Source: a virus. From it: a stretch of 42,170 bases of DNA. Below are positions 34,873-42,170 of this stretch, piece by piece. Below the pieces are notes generated by a model that was given only the letters and a program-made list of their open reading frames with translations, was not told the origin of the DNA and ran no database searches. Numbering within the stretch: position 1 is the first letter of the stretch; each line of letters starts with the position of its first letter. Both the position numbers and the translations under genes were made by a program. The DNA lies in the IMG/VR virus record IMGVR_UViG_3300045988_150219, positions 1 through 42,170 of that record. One strand, 5' to 3'.

Positions 34873-36810
34873 ATGACACTTGAACAATTGGTCTCCATAT
34901 TCGGGGACAACCAATTCAAATTGTGTAATGGCAAACGAGCAATTGATTCTCAACTTCACTCCAAAGCGGAAGCAGAAGAATGGTTGGCGCAAGGCAAGAA
35001 TATCGGATTGTGGTGCCCTGCTGGATTCGTTATAATCGACATTGACGATGTCAACATGGCAGAACGATTCGCAATGATGACTTCAACTCTCCGTTGTAAG
35101 ACTCCCCATGGGATGCATTTCTACTTCCGGACTTCTCTCAATATCAGGCAAGTCGTAAACGGACATTTACCTGTCGGGTTGAGATGCGATACAAGAGTTG
35201 CGGGAAAAGGTTATTGTCTGTTGCCCTACAACTGCAAAGACCGTGAATGGATTGAGGGGGAAGTGGAAGAACTCCCATATTGGGCGGTTCCGCTCAATGT
35301 GCAATCCAAATCAGACAGTTATGTAACAGTGGGGATGAAAGAAGGGCAAGGACGCAATGATGCTTTGATTCGTCAGGCTATGCGTCTCAAATCCGCAGGA
35401 TTCTCTGAAGAGAACATTGCATTCACGCTTGGACTTATCAACACATACGTATTCGACGAACATCTTGATGGTTCAGAGATGAAGTCCATCATCAACAATG
35501 CCAAGTCGTACACGGGATTGTCAAGGGATTCGCAACTTGATTTCCGAATCTATGGTGGGAACGGAGCAGTCGTGTCCATCAACCATAAAGCCATTGTGGA
35601 CTATCTCATTGCAAATCACCCCATGTTTACATTGGGCGGTTCTTTGTACTATTACCAGAATGGTGTATTCGAGAAGAACGAAATTGCCGTCAAAGACCTT
35701 ATCAAGAGCCTGATTGATGAGCCCAAATACCAGAAGCAATCTCAAATCAACGAGATTCTCAAGTTATTGATGGACGACCTGCGAATACAATTTGAAGACA
35801 AGTGGTGTAACCAATACAAGAACTTAATCAATTTCAAGAACGGAATGTTCGATGTGGAGACGCAACAATTGCTCCCGCATGACCCAAAATATTTGAGCAC
35901 AATCCAAATCCCGAATAACTATGTTGAGAGCGATTTGGACATCAACGATGTTCAGTTTATGGATTTCCTCCGGAAAACTGAATTGCCCCAAGACGACCTG
36001 AACATGATTCTGGATTACATCGCATATTGTATGACTGTCGGGAACGGAATGAAGTGTTTCATGTGCTTGGTGGGTGGTGGTGACACAGGAAAATCCACGC
36101 TGATAAAAATGCTCAATAAACTCGTTGGCAGTCGCAACATAAGCAGTCTCAGCATACAGGATTTATCCAAGCGATTCTACCCATCCCGACTCAAAGACAA
36201 ACTGGTGAACAGTTGCGCTGATAACAGCAGTATCGCATTGGATGATATTGGCAACTTGAAGAAGATTACAGGCGATGATGAGATTATGTATGAGGACAAG
36301 GGCTGCACACCATACTTCTTTACATCGTTTGCCAAGTTGATATTCTCGTTCAACACTATGCCTTTGCAGTTGGAAGAGAAGTCAGACGCATTCTACAATC
36401 GCATGAGAATCCTGGAGATGAACCATAAACTTGTGCTCACACAACGCTATGTTGATGACTTGTGCAGTGAAGAATCCATCTCAGGATTGATTCCGCTCCT
36501 TTGCAAACGCTTGAAAACCATGAAACGAATCCTGCCGTCTGCCAACAGCAAGTATCTGTGCGATAGACTCCGCAGCGAATCCGACAGCATCCATGCGTTC
36601 TTGAAAGAGGGAGGAATCTCTGTGACCAATAATTATGGGGACTACATATACCAAGACGATTTGTATGATGCATACTCACGATTCTGTATGAAAGATGACC
36701 GAGTTCCCCACAAGCGCATCAATTTTTATCGGTGTTTGGAAACACTCGGATTCGTGTTGGCTACACATGAAGGGAAGAAACTTTATGTTGGCGTGAAAAA
36801 AATTTCATGA
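34873..36810 (+). CDS. Bifunctional primase-polymerase / SF3 helicase (P4/D5-type)
   Basis: Prim-Pol motifs FVIIDIDD and KTPHGMHFYF. C-terminal Walker A VGGGDTGKST. 645 aa. Confidence 0.9.
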   Translation: MTLEQLVSIFGDNQFKLCNGKRAIDSQLHSKAEAEEWLAQGKNIGLWCPAGFVIIDIDDVNMAERFAMMTSTLRCKTPHGMHFYFRTSLNIRQVVNGHLPVGLRCDTRVAGKGYCLLPYNCKDREWIEGEVEELPYWAVPLNVQSKSDSYVTVGMKEGQGRNDALIRQAMRLKSAGFSEENIAFTLGLINTYVFDEHLDGSEMKSIINNAKSYTGLSRDSQLDFRIYGGNGAVVSINHKAIVDYLIANHPMFTLGGSLYYYQNGVFEKNEIAVKDLIKSLIDEPKYQKQSQINEILKLLMDDLRIQFEDKWCNQYKNLINFKNGMFDVETQQLLPHDPKYLSTIQIPNNYVESDLDINDVQFMDFLRKTELPQDDLNMILDYIAYCMTVGNGMKCFMCLVGGGDTGKSTLIKMLNKLVGSRNISSLSIQDLSKRFYPSRLKDKLVNSCADNSSIALDDIGNLKKITGDDEIMYEDKGCTPYFFTSFAKLIFSFNTMPLQLEEKSDAFYNRMRILEMNHKLVLTQRYVDDLCSEESISGLIPLLCKRLKTMKRILPSANSKYLCDRLRSESDSIHAFLKEGGISVTNNYGDYIYQDDLYDAYSRFCMKDDRVPHKRINFYRCLETLGFVLATHEGKKLYVGVKKIS

Positions 36811-36826
36811 ATCTGTGCAAAAATAC

Positions 36827-36855
36827 TTTACTTTTTGCGTCGTCAGGAATATAAT
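36827..36855 (+). promoter_or_regulatory. Conserved sigma-A-type promoter P3
   Basis: TTTACT (36827-36832), a 17-nt spacer, then TATAAT (36850-36855). It is followed by a leader similar to that of P1. Confidence 0.7.
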
Positions 36856-36900
36856 CAGTAGTGTAGTATGAAAAAGGGCGATTGCCCAAAGGAGATAAAA

Positions 36901-37332
36901 ATGAAAGTAAACAGTAAAGAACAAGCGTGGGTAGAGGCAGATAAACTTTTCCCGACAGATTATATCAAAGACGAGAAGAAAAGCGATGCAGCAGGTTACG
37001 ACATATATTACAGCACCTGCGACGGTGTAAACGCTTGGATAAGCGATTTAGAAGACAGATTAGAAGTCAACCTTGCAACAGGCGAAACGGTCAATATTTG
37101 GATAGAAAACGAATCTCAATTCAAGGAATACCAAATAAGTGATGCGCTCAAAGTTATAAACAACGCAATATATGAAATTGATGACAATGTTGATAGCAAG
37201 TTAGCAGAAGTCACCGGAATAAAGGAAGCAAGAAATAAACTTTATGAAGCATATAAAGCGATTGCGGAAATATTAAAACGACAGCACCCTGACAGTGAAT
37301 TGTACGCAAGATATAATTTACAATACGCATGA
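36901..37332 (+). CDS. Hypothetical protein (143 aa)
   Basis: ATG 36901 has an AAGGAGAT SD. The track start at 36868 lies about 6 nt from the predicted TSS and has no SD. Confidence 0.6.
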   Translation: MKVNSKEQAWVEADKLFPTDYIKDEKKSDAAGYDIYYSTCDGVNAWISDLEDRLEVNLATGETVNIWIENESQFKEYQISDALKVINNAIYEIDDNVDSKLAEVTGIKEARNKLYEAYKAIAEILKRQHPDSELYARYNLQYA

Positions 37333-37350
37333 CCGTTGAAGGAGAGCAAA

Positions 37351-37569
37351 ATGAAAATCAATTGGTTCGATGAAGTAAAAACTATGTATGAGGCAGTTGT
37401 GTGGGAAGACGACAATAACCTATTGTTAGATGAAGACTACACAACAAAAGCAGAAGCATTTAAGGCTGTTAAGACGTTCAAAAAGCGTTACAAAGGCAAG
37501 GGCAAACTTGAATGCTATGTAAGATTTTTCGACTTTGAAAATGACTGGGTACAAGATTACAATTTATAA
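37351..37569 (+). CDS. Hypothetical small protein (72 aa)
   Basis: ATG 37351 has a GAAGGAGAG SD. Confidence 0.55.
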   Translation: MKINWFDEVKTMYEAVVWEDDNNLLLDEDYTTKAEAFKAVKTFKKRYKGKGKLECYVRFFDFENDWVQDYNL

Positions 37570-37580
37570 GGAGATTGAAA

Positions 37581-38687
37581 GTGAGTAAACAACCAAAACA
37601 ATTTTTCAGCACATCACAAATCTCGTGTTTCCGAGAGTGCAGACAAAAATGGGATTACAAATACAGGCAAGGGCTGTCAACCAAAGCACCCCAGAGACCT
37701 TTGTATTTGGGCTCCACAATACACAGATTGCTTGAAGCAAGAGCCCAAGGGGAACAATGGAGAGATGTGTTGTACAAGGAAGTCCAACCAGAATACGATA
37801 ACATGCCTGGAACATACCAATCCCAATTGGGAGAGGACTTCATTCAAGTATGCGAACACATTCTGGAACAATACGATGAGCAATACAGCAACGATTCGGA
37901 TTTGTATGAGATTCTTGGAATTGAGTTACCGCTTAATTTCAAGTTGAAGGGAAGAAAGTTCTTCATCGGATATGCGGACATGCTCATCAAGGAAAAGTCA
38001 ACAGGACGAATCCTGATTGTAGAACACAAGACGTTCAAAACCACCAAAATGTCCATGGACCAAACTTGGATAAACCAACAGACCGCTCTGTACGCCAAAG
38101 TCATCAAAGAGACAATGGGTATATCGGTTGATGGAGTCCTTTGGGACATGATTAAAACCGAATCCCCCGAACAACCCAAGATTCTGAAAGATGGTTCATT
38201 TGGGCGACAATACAGCAAGGTGACATTGAAGTCATTCGAGTGGGCAGGAATCCCTGTAGAACGCATTCCGGAATCCGTACTCAATGAAGTCAAAGGCAAT
38301 GTTCTTAACTTCCTTGACCGATACATCACTCCTATCAATTATGACGCTGTTGAAGTCATATGGAATGAGTATCTTCAATCTGTGGACGAGATTTCACGTG
38401 TCAAGTACACCCCCAAAACTCTGGGCAAAAACTGTGACTGGTGCGAGTTCAAGGAATTGTGCCAGTTAAGCATAACAGGTGGCGATGTAGCATACACCAG
38501 ACAGTTGCTTTTTACCACAAGGGAAGAGAGGGAATCGGCGCAAATCAAGGAATACATCCATACGAATCCCCATTGCAACGCTTGCGTGGAATTTGCACAA
38601 GCCAACAACATACAATTTGACGCCAACAATTACGAGATATGTCGCAATTGTGCACATTATCAAAAATATAAGGAGAACAAGAGATGA
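37581..38687 (+). CDS. Cas4/RecB-like PD-(D/E)xK exonuclease with an Fe-S Cys cluster and an extra C-terminal zinc ribbon
   Basis: GYADMLIKEK...LIVEHKTFK (D...ExK). An N-terminal Cys (CFREC) plus CDWCEFKELC (C-x2-C-x5-C), then CNAC...CRNC. GTG 37581 lies 7 nt after AAGGAG. Confidence 0.75.
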   Translation: MSKQPKQFFSTSQISCFRECRQKWDYKYRQGLSTKAPQRPLYLGSTIHRLLEARAQGEQWRDVLYKEVQPEYDNMPGTYQSQLGEDFIQVCEHILEQYDEQYSNDSDLYEILGIELPLNFKLKGRKFFIGYADMLIKEKSTGRILIVEHKTFKTTKMSMDQTWINQQTALYAKVIKETMGISVDGVLWDMIKTESPEQPKILKDGSFGRQYSKVTLKSFEWAGIPVERIPESVLNEVKGNVLNFLDRYITPINYDAVEVIWNEYLQSVDEISRVKYTPKTLGKNCDWCEFKELCQLSITGGDVAYTRQLLFTTREERESAQIKEYIHTNPHCNACVEFAQANNIQFDANNYEICRNCAHYQKYKENKR

Positions 38688-39412
38688 GTTTTGCTGACAA
38701 ACTTATACCTGTACAACAATTCAACAACGGGAATCTGCATCTTGTCTATGGACGTTCTGGGAGCGGAAAGACGGCATTCCTTGCGACATTCCCCAACAGC
38801 GTGTTTATAAGCATGGGAGACAAAGGCTTGAACACGGTGAAAAACTATCCCAACGTGTCATATTACCCATTTGATTCGGACGCAGAATCGCTCAAGAATC
38901 TTATCGACGAACTGGAGAAAGAACCTGATTACAATCAGACATACCATTTTGACACGTTTGGGCTCTGGATTGACAGCCTTGCTGGACAGATGCTCAAAGC
39001 AAGCGGAAAAAAGAAAATGACGCTTGAAATGTGGGGAGACCTGAATGTTATGGTCAAGCAAGTTGTGGACAAGATTTACAACCTGTCCAAGACCAAGCGT
39101 TGCACCATATCGTTCCATGAAGACGTGCTCAAAGCCCCAGAAGGCTATGACACTGAACTTGCTCCGGAAGTATCCATATTCTGCAACGCCAAAATCGCAA
39201 AATACATTTGCGGGAAAGTCAATTATGCATACCATACGAGTATCAAGACATTGACCAACCAGAATGGTCAGCCCCAAAACTTCTTCACCCTTGATGTGGG
39301 AACACATCCGTATTACTGGATAAAATGCCAAGTTCCGGTCGGAACGACATTACCAGAGTACATCATCAACCCGACATTCGAGTCAATCCAACAATTGACT
39401 CTGTGCAAATAA
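38684..39412 (+). CDS. AAA_24/Sak4-like recombination ATPase
   Basis: Walker A YGRSGSGKTAF near the N-terminus. ATGA overlap with the nuclease gene. The nuclease-ATPase-DUF669 gene order is typical. Confidence 0.7.
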   Translation: MSFADKLIPVQQFNNGNLHLVYGRSGSGKTAFLATFPNSVFISMGDKGLNTVKNYPNVSYYPFDSDAESLKNLIDELEKEPDYNQTYHFDTFGLWIDSLAGQMLKASGKKKMTLEMWGDLNVMVKQVVDKIYNLSKTKRCTISFHEDVLKAPEGYDTELAPEVSIFCNAKIAKYICGKVNYAYHTSIKTLTNQNGQPQNFFTLDVGTHPYYWIKCQVPVGTTLPEYIINPTFESIQQLTLCK

Positions 39413-39433
39413 TTTTATATGGAGGACAATATC

Positions 39434-40063
39434 ATGTCACAATCTATGGACCTTGATTTCACAGGTGTAACCACCAGCAACCTTATCCCCGAAGGCACTC
39501 ATGTAGTGCGTATATCTGCTGCGGATTTCAGCAAAGCACAAACAGGCTCTGACCAACTTGAAGTTGAGTTTGAGAACGGCGATGGAGCCACCCGCAAAGG
39601 TTGGTTCTCGCTTGTTCCCCAAGCACTCTGGAAAGTGAAAGGATTCTTGGAAGCAATCGGAATCTCCGCAGATGGAAGAATCAAACTCAACACCAAGAAT
39701 CTTATCGGCAAATACTGCAAAATTGTTGTAGAACCCGACAAGAATGATTCTACAAGATTCATTATCACCAAGTATCTCAAAGCCGAATCGAACAACACAG
39801 TTGCGCCTCAGATGTATGCTCCCGCAGCACCGTTAACATATGACCCTGCTATGATGGCTCCCGCAGGTCCTGCTGCGCCTGTTCAACAGAATGTTCAACC
39901 TGCTCCTGTTGCACAACAGCCCACGACTCCTGCACCCGCACCTGCTATGCATTTGCCCTGGGAAACGGCACAACAACCTGCTCAACCCGTGCAGCAACCC
40001 ATGCAGCAACCCGCAGCACAACAACCCGCATCAATGCCTACACCGCCTTGGCTGGTGAAATAA
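39434..40063 (+). CDS. DUF669-like (SSB-like) protein with a long P/Q/A-rich tail
   Basis: Position after the AAA_24 ATPase. NLIPEGTHVVRISAADFSK is typical of the DUF669 N-terminus. The C-terminal ~85 aa are low complexity (APAAP...QQPAQPVQQPMQQPAAQQP), ending PPWLVK. Confidence 0.6.
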   Translation: MSQSMDLDFTGVTTSNLIPEGTHVVRISAADFSKAQTGSDQLEVEFENGDGATRKGWFSLVPQALWKVKGFLEAIGISADGRIKLNTKNLIGKYCKIVVEPDKNDSTRFIITKYLKAESNNTVAPQMYAPAAPLTYDPAMMAPAGPAAPVQQNVQPAPVAQQPTTPAPAPAMHLPWETAQQPAQPVQQPMQQPAAQQPASMPTPPWLVK

Positions 40064-40084
40064 CGAATCCTGGAGGAGTATAAC

Positions 40085-41044
40085 ATGAACATACCCAACG
40101 ACACTGGCAACATGTGGAGATTAGACCGCTATGTTGAATATTACAACATACGGCATTCCCAGAATGATGGAGATGTCCATAATCTCGGAATCGTATGCCA
40201 AGACGCAGACCTTGACACAAAAGTGTGGATGGCATTCTTGTATTCGACTTGTTACAGTGTTGCCACGACATGTTTCTTGTTTACGCATTTCCCTTCCATT
40301 GAGTATGCCACCGAATCCCGATTGAGACAATTCTGGGCAGAATACAAATCGAAACTCATATTCCAATCCGACAGAAGATATGTGAAGAACATGGATAAAT
40401 TCTGCGACATAGTTATGTCGTACAAGGAAAAGGTTGCTGGCAGACGGCAATTCGAGATTTGCGAAGAATTGGGGTGGAACCAAACTGCAATCTACAAGTG
40501 GTTCACTTCTGTGTATTATTGTGGAAGATTCTCTGCCATGCTATTCATGGAAGCAGTTTACGGCTTGATGGGAAAACCCTTAACACAAGAAAGTTATCTT
40601 GATTGGAATTCCTGCAAGACTTGTTCACAAGGATTGCTGACAATCTCGTATCAAGATGACCTTGTAGCGGAAGTAGAACACAGGGATTTCACTCCCCAAG
40701 AAATAGAATGCCTCAAAATAACGCTGGAATATGTTATGCGGTACACACAATCCCATCTGGATTACCCAATCAATTTCAGTCGAATAATTGGGTATCTGTG
40801 CTCATATTTCAAGTTGTACAAACAAACGAGATATTTGGAATACTACACAGACAGAAGATTGGAAGAACTGCTTCACTACAAGAAGGTGTTCCCAGAGTCA
40901 CCCCTGTGGGATTACTTGTTTGAGATTCGTTACAAAAATGTTCCTCATAGCATTCTTGGGGAACTGAATGGATGGAGCGGAATCCGCAAAGAGAAGTGTA
41001 AGGAATTTGTGACTTATGGCAAAATTGACTGTAATCAACCTTAG
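40085..41044 (+). CDS. Second aGPT-Pplase-like protein (different clade), candidate DNA transferase
   Basis: 319-aa helix-rich protein with FQSDRRY and GRFSAMLFMEAVYG motifs. It overlaps the downstream P-loop kinase-like ORF by 29 nt. The family call comes from memory and gene context only. Confidence 0.4.
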   Translation: MNIPNDTGNMWRLDRYVEYYNIRHSQNDGDVHNLGIVCQDADLDTKVWMAFLYSTCYSVATTCFLFTHFPSIEYATESRLRQFWAEYKSKLIFQSDRRYVKNMDKFCDIVMSYKEKVAGRRQFEICEELGWNQTAIYKWFTSVYYCGRFSAMLFMEAVYGLMGKPLTQESYLDWNSCKTCSQGLLTISYQDDLVAEVEHRDFTPQEIECLKITLEYVMRYTQSHLDYPINFSRIIGYLCSYFKLYKQTRYLEYYTDRRLEELLHYKKVFPESPLWDYLFEIRYKNVPHSILGELNGWSGIRKEKCKEFVTYGKIDCNQP

Positions 41045-41594
41045 AGGCACATCAGGTAGTGGGAAGACGTACATTGTCAAGCAAATCCTGGCTCATGGGA
41101 ATTGGTCCAGATGGACTGACAGCAATGGAAAAATCCTTGGGTATTACAACGAATCCAATCGATGGGCAATTGTTGGTTCTTATGAGACTCCTTGTGGGGG
41201 TTGCGATACAATCAAGACCCAAGCGGAAGTCAAATCCCGAATCTACATGTTGCTTCAATGGGGATACAATGTTCTGTTTGAGGGACTTGTAATCAGTACC
41301 ATTACACAAGGCTGGCTGGATTTTGCGAACTCAATAAAACCCCAAGCCAACACCATGTTTTGTTACTTGAACACCCCGATTGAAACTTGTATTCAGCAAG
41401 TTCGTTCCAGAAGAGAGAGCAACGGAAAATCACCCGAGTTCAATACAGACAATACTGTTAACAGAGTTAAGTCCATACAATCCACTCGGGATAAACTCCG
41501 GAATGCAGGATTCTGGTGTGTGGAAGGAAGTTCCTCAGACATACTGCATTACTTGAATCAATTCTTTGGGATAGGAGGAGATTTGGATGTTTAG
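41016..41594 (+). CDS. P-loop kinase, candidate 5-hydroxymethylpyrimidine DNA kinase (5-HMUDK-like)
   Basis: Walker A GTSGSGKTY at residues 11-19 and a GSYETPCGGCD motif. It is sandwiched by overlaps between the aGPT-Pplase-like and GT-A-like ORFs. Confidence 0.5.
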   Translation: MAKLTVINLRGTSGSGKTYIVKQILAHGNWSRWTDSNGKILGYYNESNRWAIVGSYETPCGGCDTIKTQAEVKSRIYMLLQWGYNVLFEGLVISTITQGWLDFANSIKPQANTMFCYLNTPIETCIQQVRSRRESNGKSPEFNTDNTVNRVKSIQSTRDKLRNAGFWCVEGSSSDILHYLNQFFGIGGDLDV

Positions 41595-42170
41595 ACGAGA
41601 ACAAATGGAGTATCTCTTGAATACAGCCAACGGAATTGGACCAATATGTATTCCCACCTATAAGCGGTGGAGCCGAGAAGACAACAAAGCACTATCGTTC
41701 TTGGAGTTATGTCAACCCGATATTCGGGATAACATACACATATTTGTTCGTCCGGAGCAAGCCCAAGCATATCACGAATCGTTCCCGTGGGTACACATTG
41801 TTGTATTGCCAGCCCAGATACAAGGGCTGGCAAGCACTCGGGAATACATATGCTGGTATGTATTGAATGTGCTGCATGAACCCATATTCATGGATATGGA
41901 TGATGACGTGACTTATCTCTTGTATCTGTGGTATGATGAAATCAAGCAGTTTTCCCATTATTCCAGAGGGGTTGAACAACGCCACTCTGAGACGATTCGA
42001 TTGGGATTCAATTTGGCACAATACGTGTTCAACAAAGCCCCGAAAACTGTGTTGGGCGGACTTGCCCGAAAACGATTCATCCACAAACCCGAAAACTCTC
42101 AGCGCATGGCAAGTATCAATCAAGGAGCCACTCCCCGACAGTGTATGTTTGTGAATGCCCAGCGATTGGA
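41587..42170 (+). CDS. 5' part of the junction-spanning ORF (continues to 404); GT-A-like glycosyltransferase candidate
   Basis: ATG 41587 lies 5 nt after AGGAGGAG and overlaps the kinase stop. The frame is open to the window end by hand translation. Carries ICIPTYKRW (a GT2-like first strand) and FMDMDDDV (DxD-like). It is absent from the track because it has no stop within the window. Confidence 0.6.
   Translation, partial: MFRREQMEYLLNTANGIGPICIPTYKRWSREDNKALSFLELCQPDIRDNIHIFVRPEQAQAYHESFPWVHIVVLPAQIQGLASTREYICWYVLNVLHEPIFMDMDDDVTYLLYLWYDEIKQFSHYSRGVEQRHSETIRLGFNLAQYVFNKAPKTVLGGLARKRFIHKPENSQRMASINQGATPRQCMFVNAQRL
42116..42170. repeat. Terminal direct repeat, copy 2; identical to 1-55
   Basis: Exact 55/55 identity with the window start. 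Confidence 0.95.

Noticed and set aside
36868-36900. Upstream in-frame ATG at 36868, and the short ATG at 25557, as true starts or uORFs
   Set aside because: Both lie within about 8-15 nt of the predicted TSS and have no SD. The downstream ATGs (36901, 25588) have an AAGGAGAT-type SD at ideal spacing.
41707-42123. 138-aa minus-strand ORF near the window end
   Set aside because: It is antisense to the junction-spanning plus-strand ORF, which has an SD, translational overlap with its neighbour and continuity across the circular join.
1-42170. Alternative genetic code, tRNA genes, integrase/lysogeny module, reverse transcriptase/DGR
   Set aside because: All large genes are intact under the standard code, with TGA, TAA and TAG all used as stops. 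No cloverleaf-like sequence was seen in the few intergenic gaps. No tyrosine or serine recombinase, repressor or RT motifs were seen in any ORF.

Overview
The window is a complete, circularly closed dsDNA tailed-phage genome. The first 55 bp are identical to the last 55 bp, an assembly overlap, so the unique length is about 42,115 bp. Strong GGAGG Shine-Dalgarno sites and sigma-A-like promoters suggest a low-GC Gram-positive host. The genes form two arms that diverge from a repeat-dense, AT-rich 550-bp region (25041-25587) and converge on a bidirectional terminator at 2307-2337. The minus arm (25040 down to 2343) encodes HNH endonuclease, small and large terminase, HK97-type portal, protease and capsid, head-tail joining proteins, major tail protein, G/G-T chaperones with a -1 frameshift site, tape measure, baseplate and fibre proteins, and small membrane proteins. 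It ends in about 5 kb of terminator-delimited genes of unknown function. The plus arm (25588 through the junction to 2326) encodes small early proteins, an SSB-like protein, a sigma factor, family A DNA polymerase, resolvase, SF2 helicase, primase-helicase and a Cas4-like nuclease/ATPase/DUF669 recombination module. No integrase, repressor, tRNA or CRISPR array was seen, so the phage is probably virulent. The most interesting content is a candidate DNA base-hypermodification system. It comprises a T4 gp42-like thymidylate-synthase-family hydroxymethylase (Asp at the Asn177 position), a dNMP kinase, a dCMP deaminase and a HAD phosphatase. It also includes a P-loop DNA-kinase-like ORF, two aGPT-Pplase-like ORFs and a GT-A-like ORF that spans the contig junction and is missing from the ORF track. 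All family assignments rest on motifs read by eye and on gene order; no searches were run.
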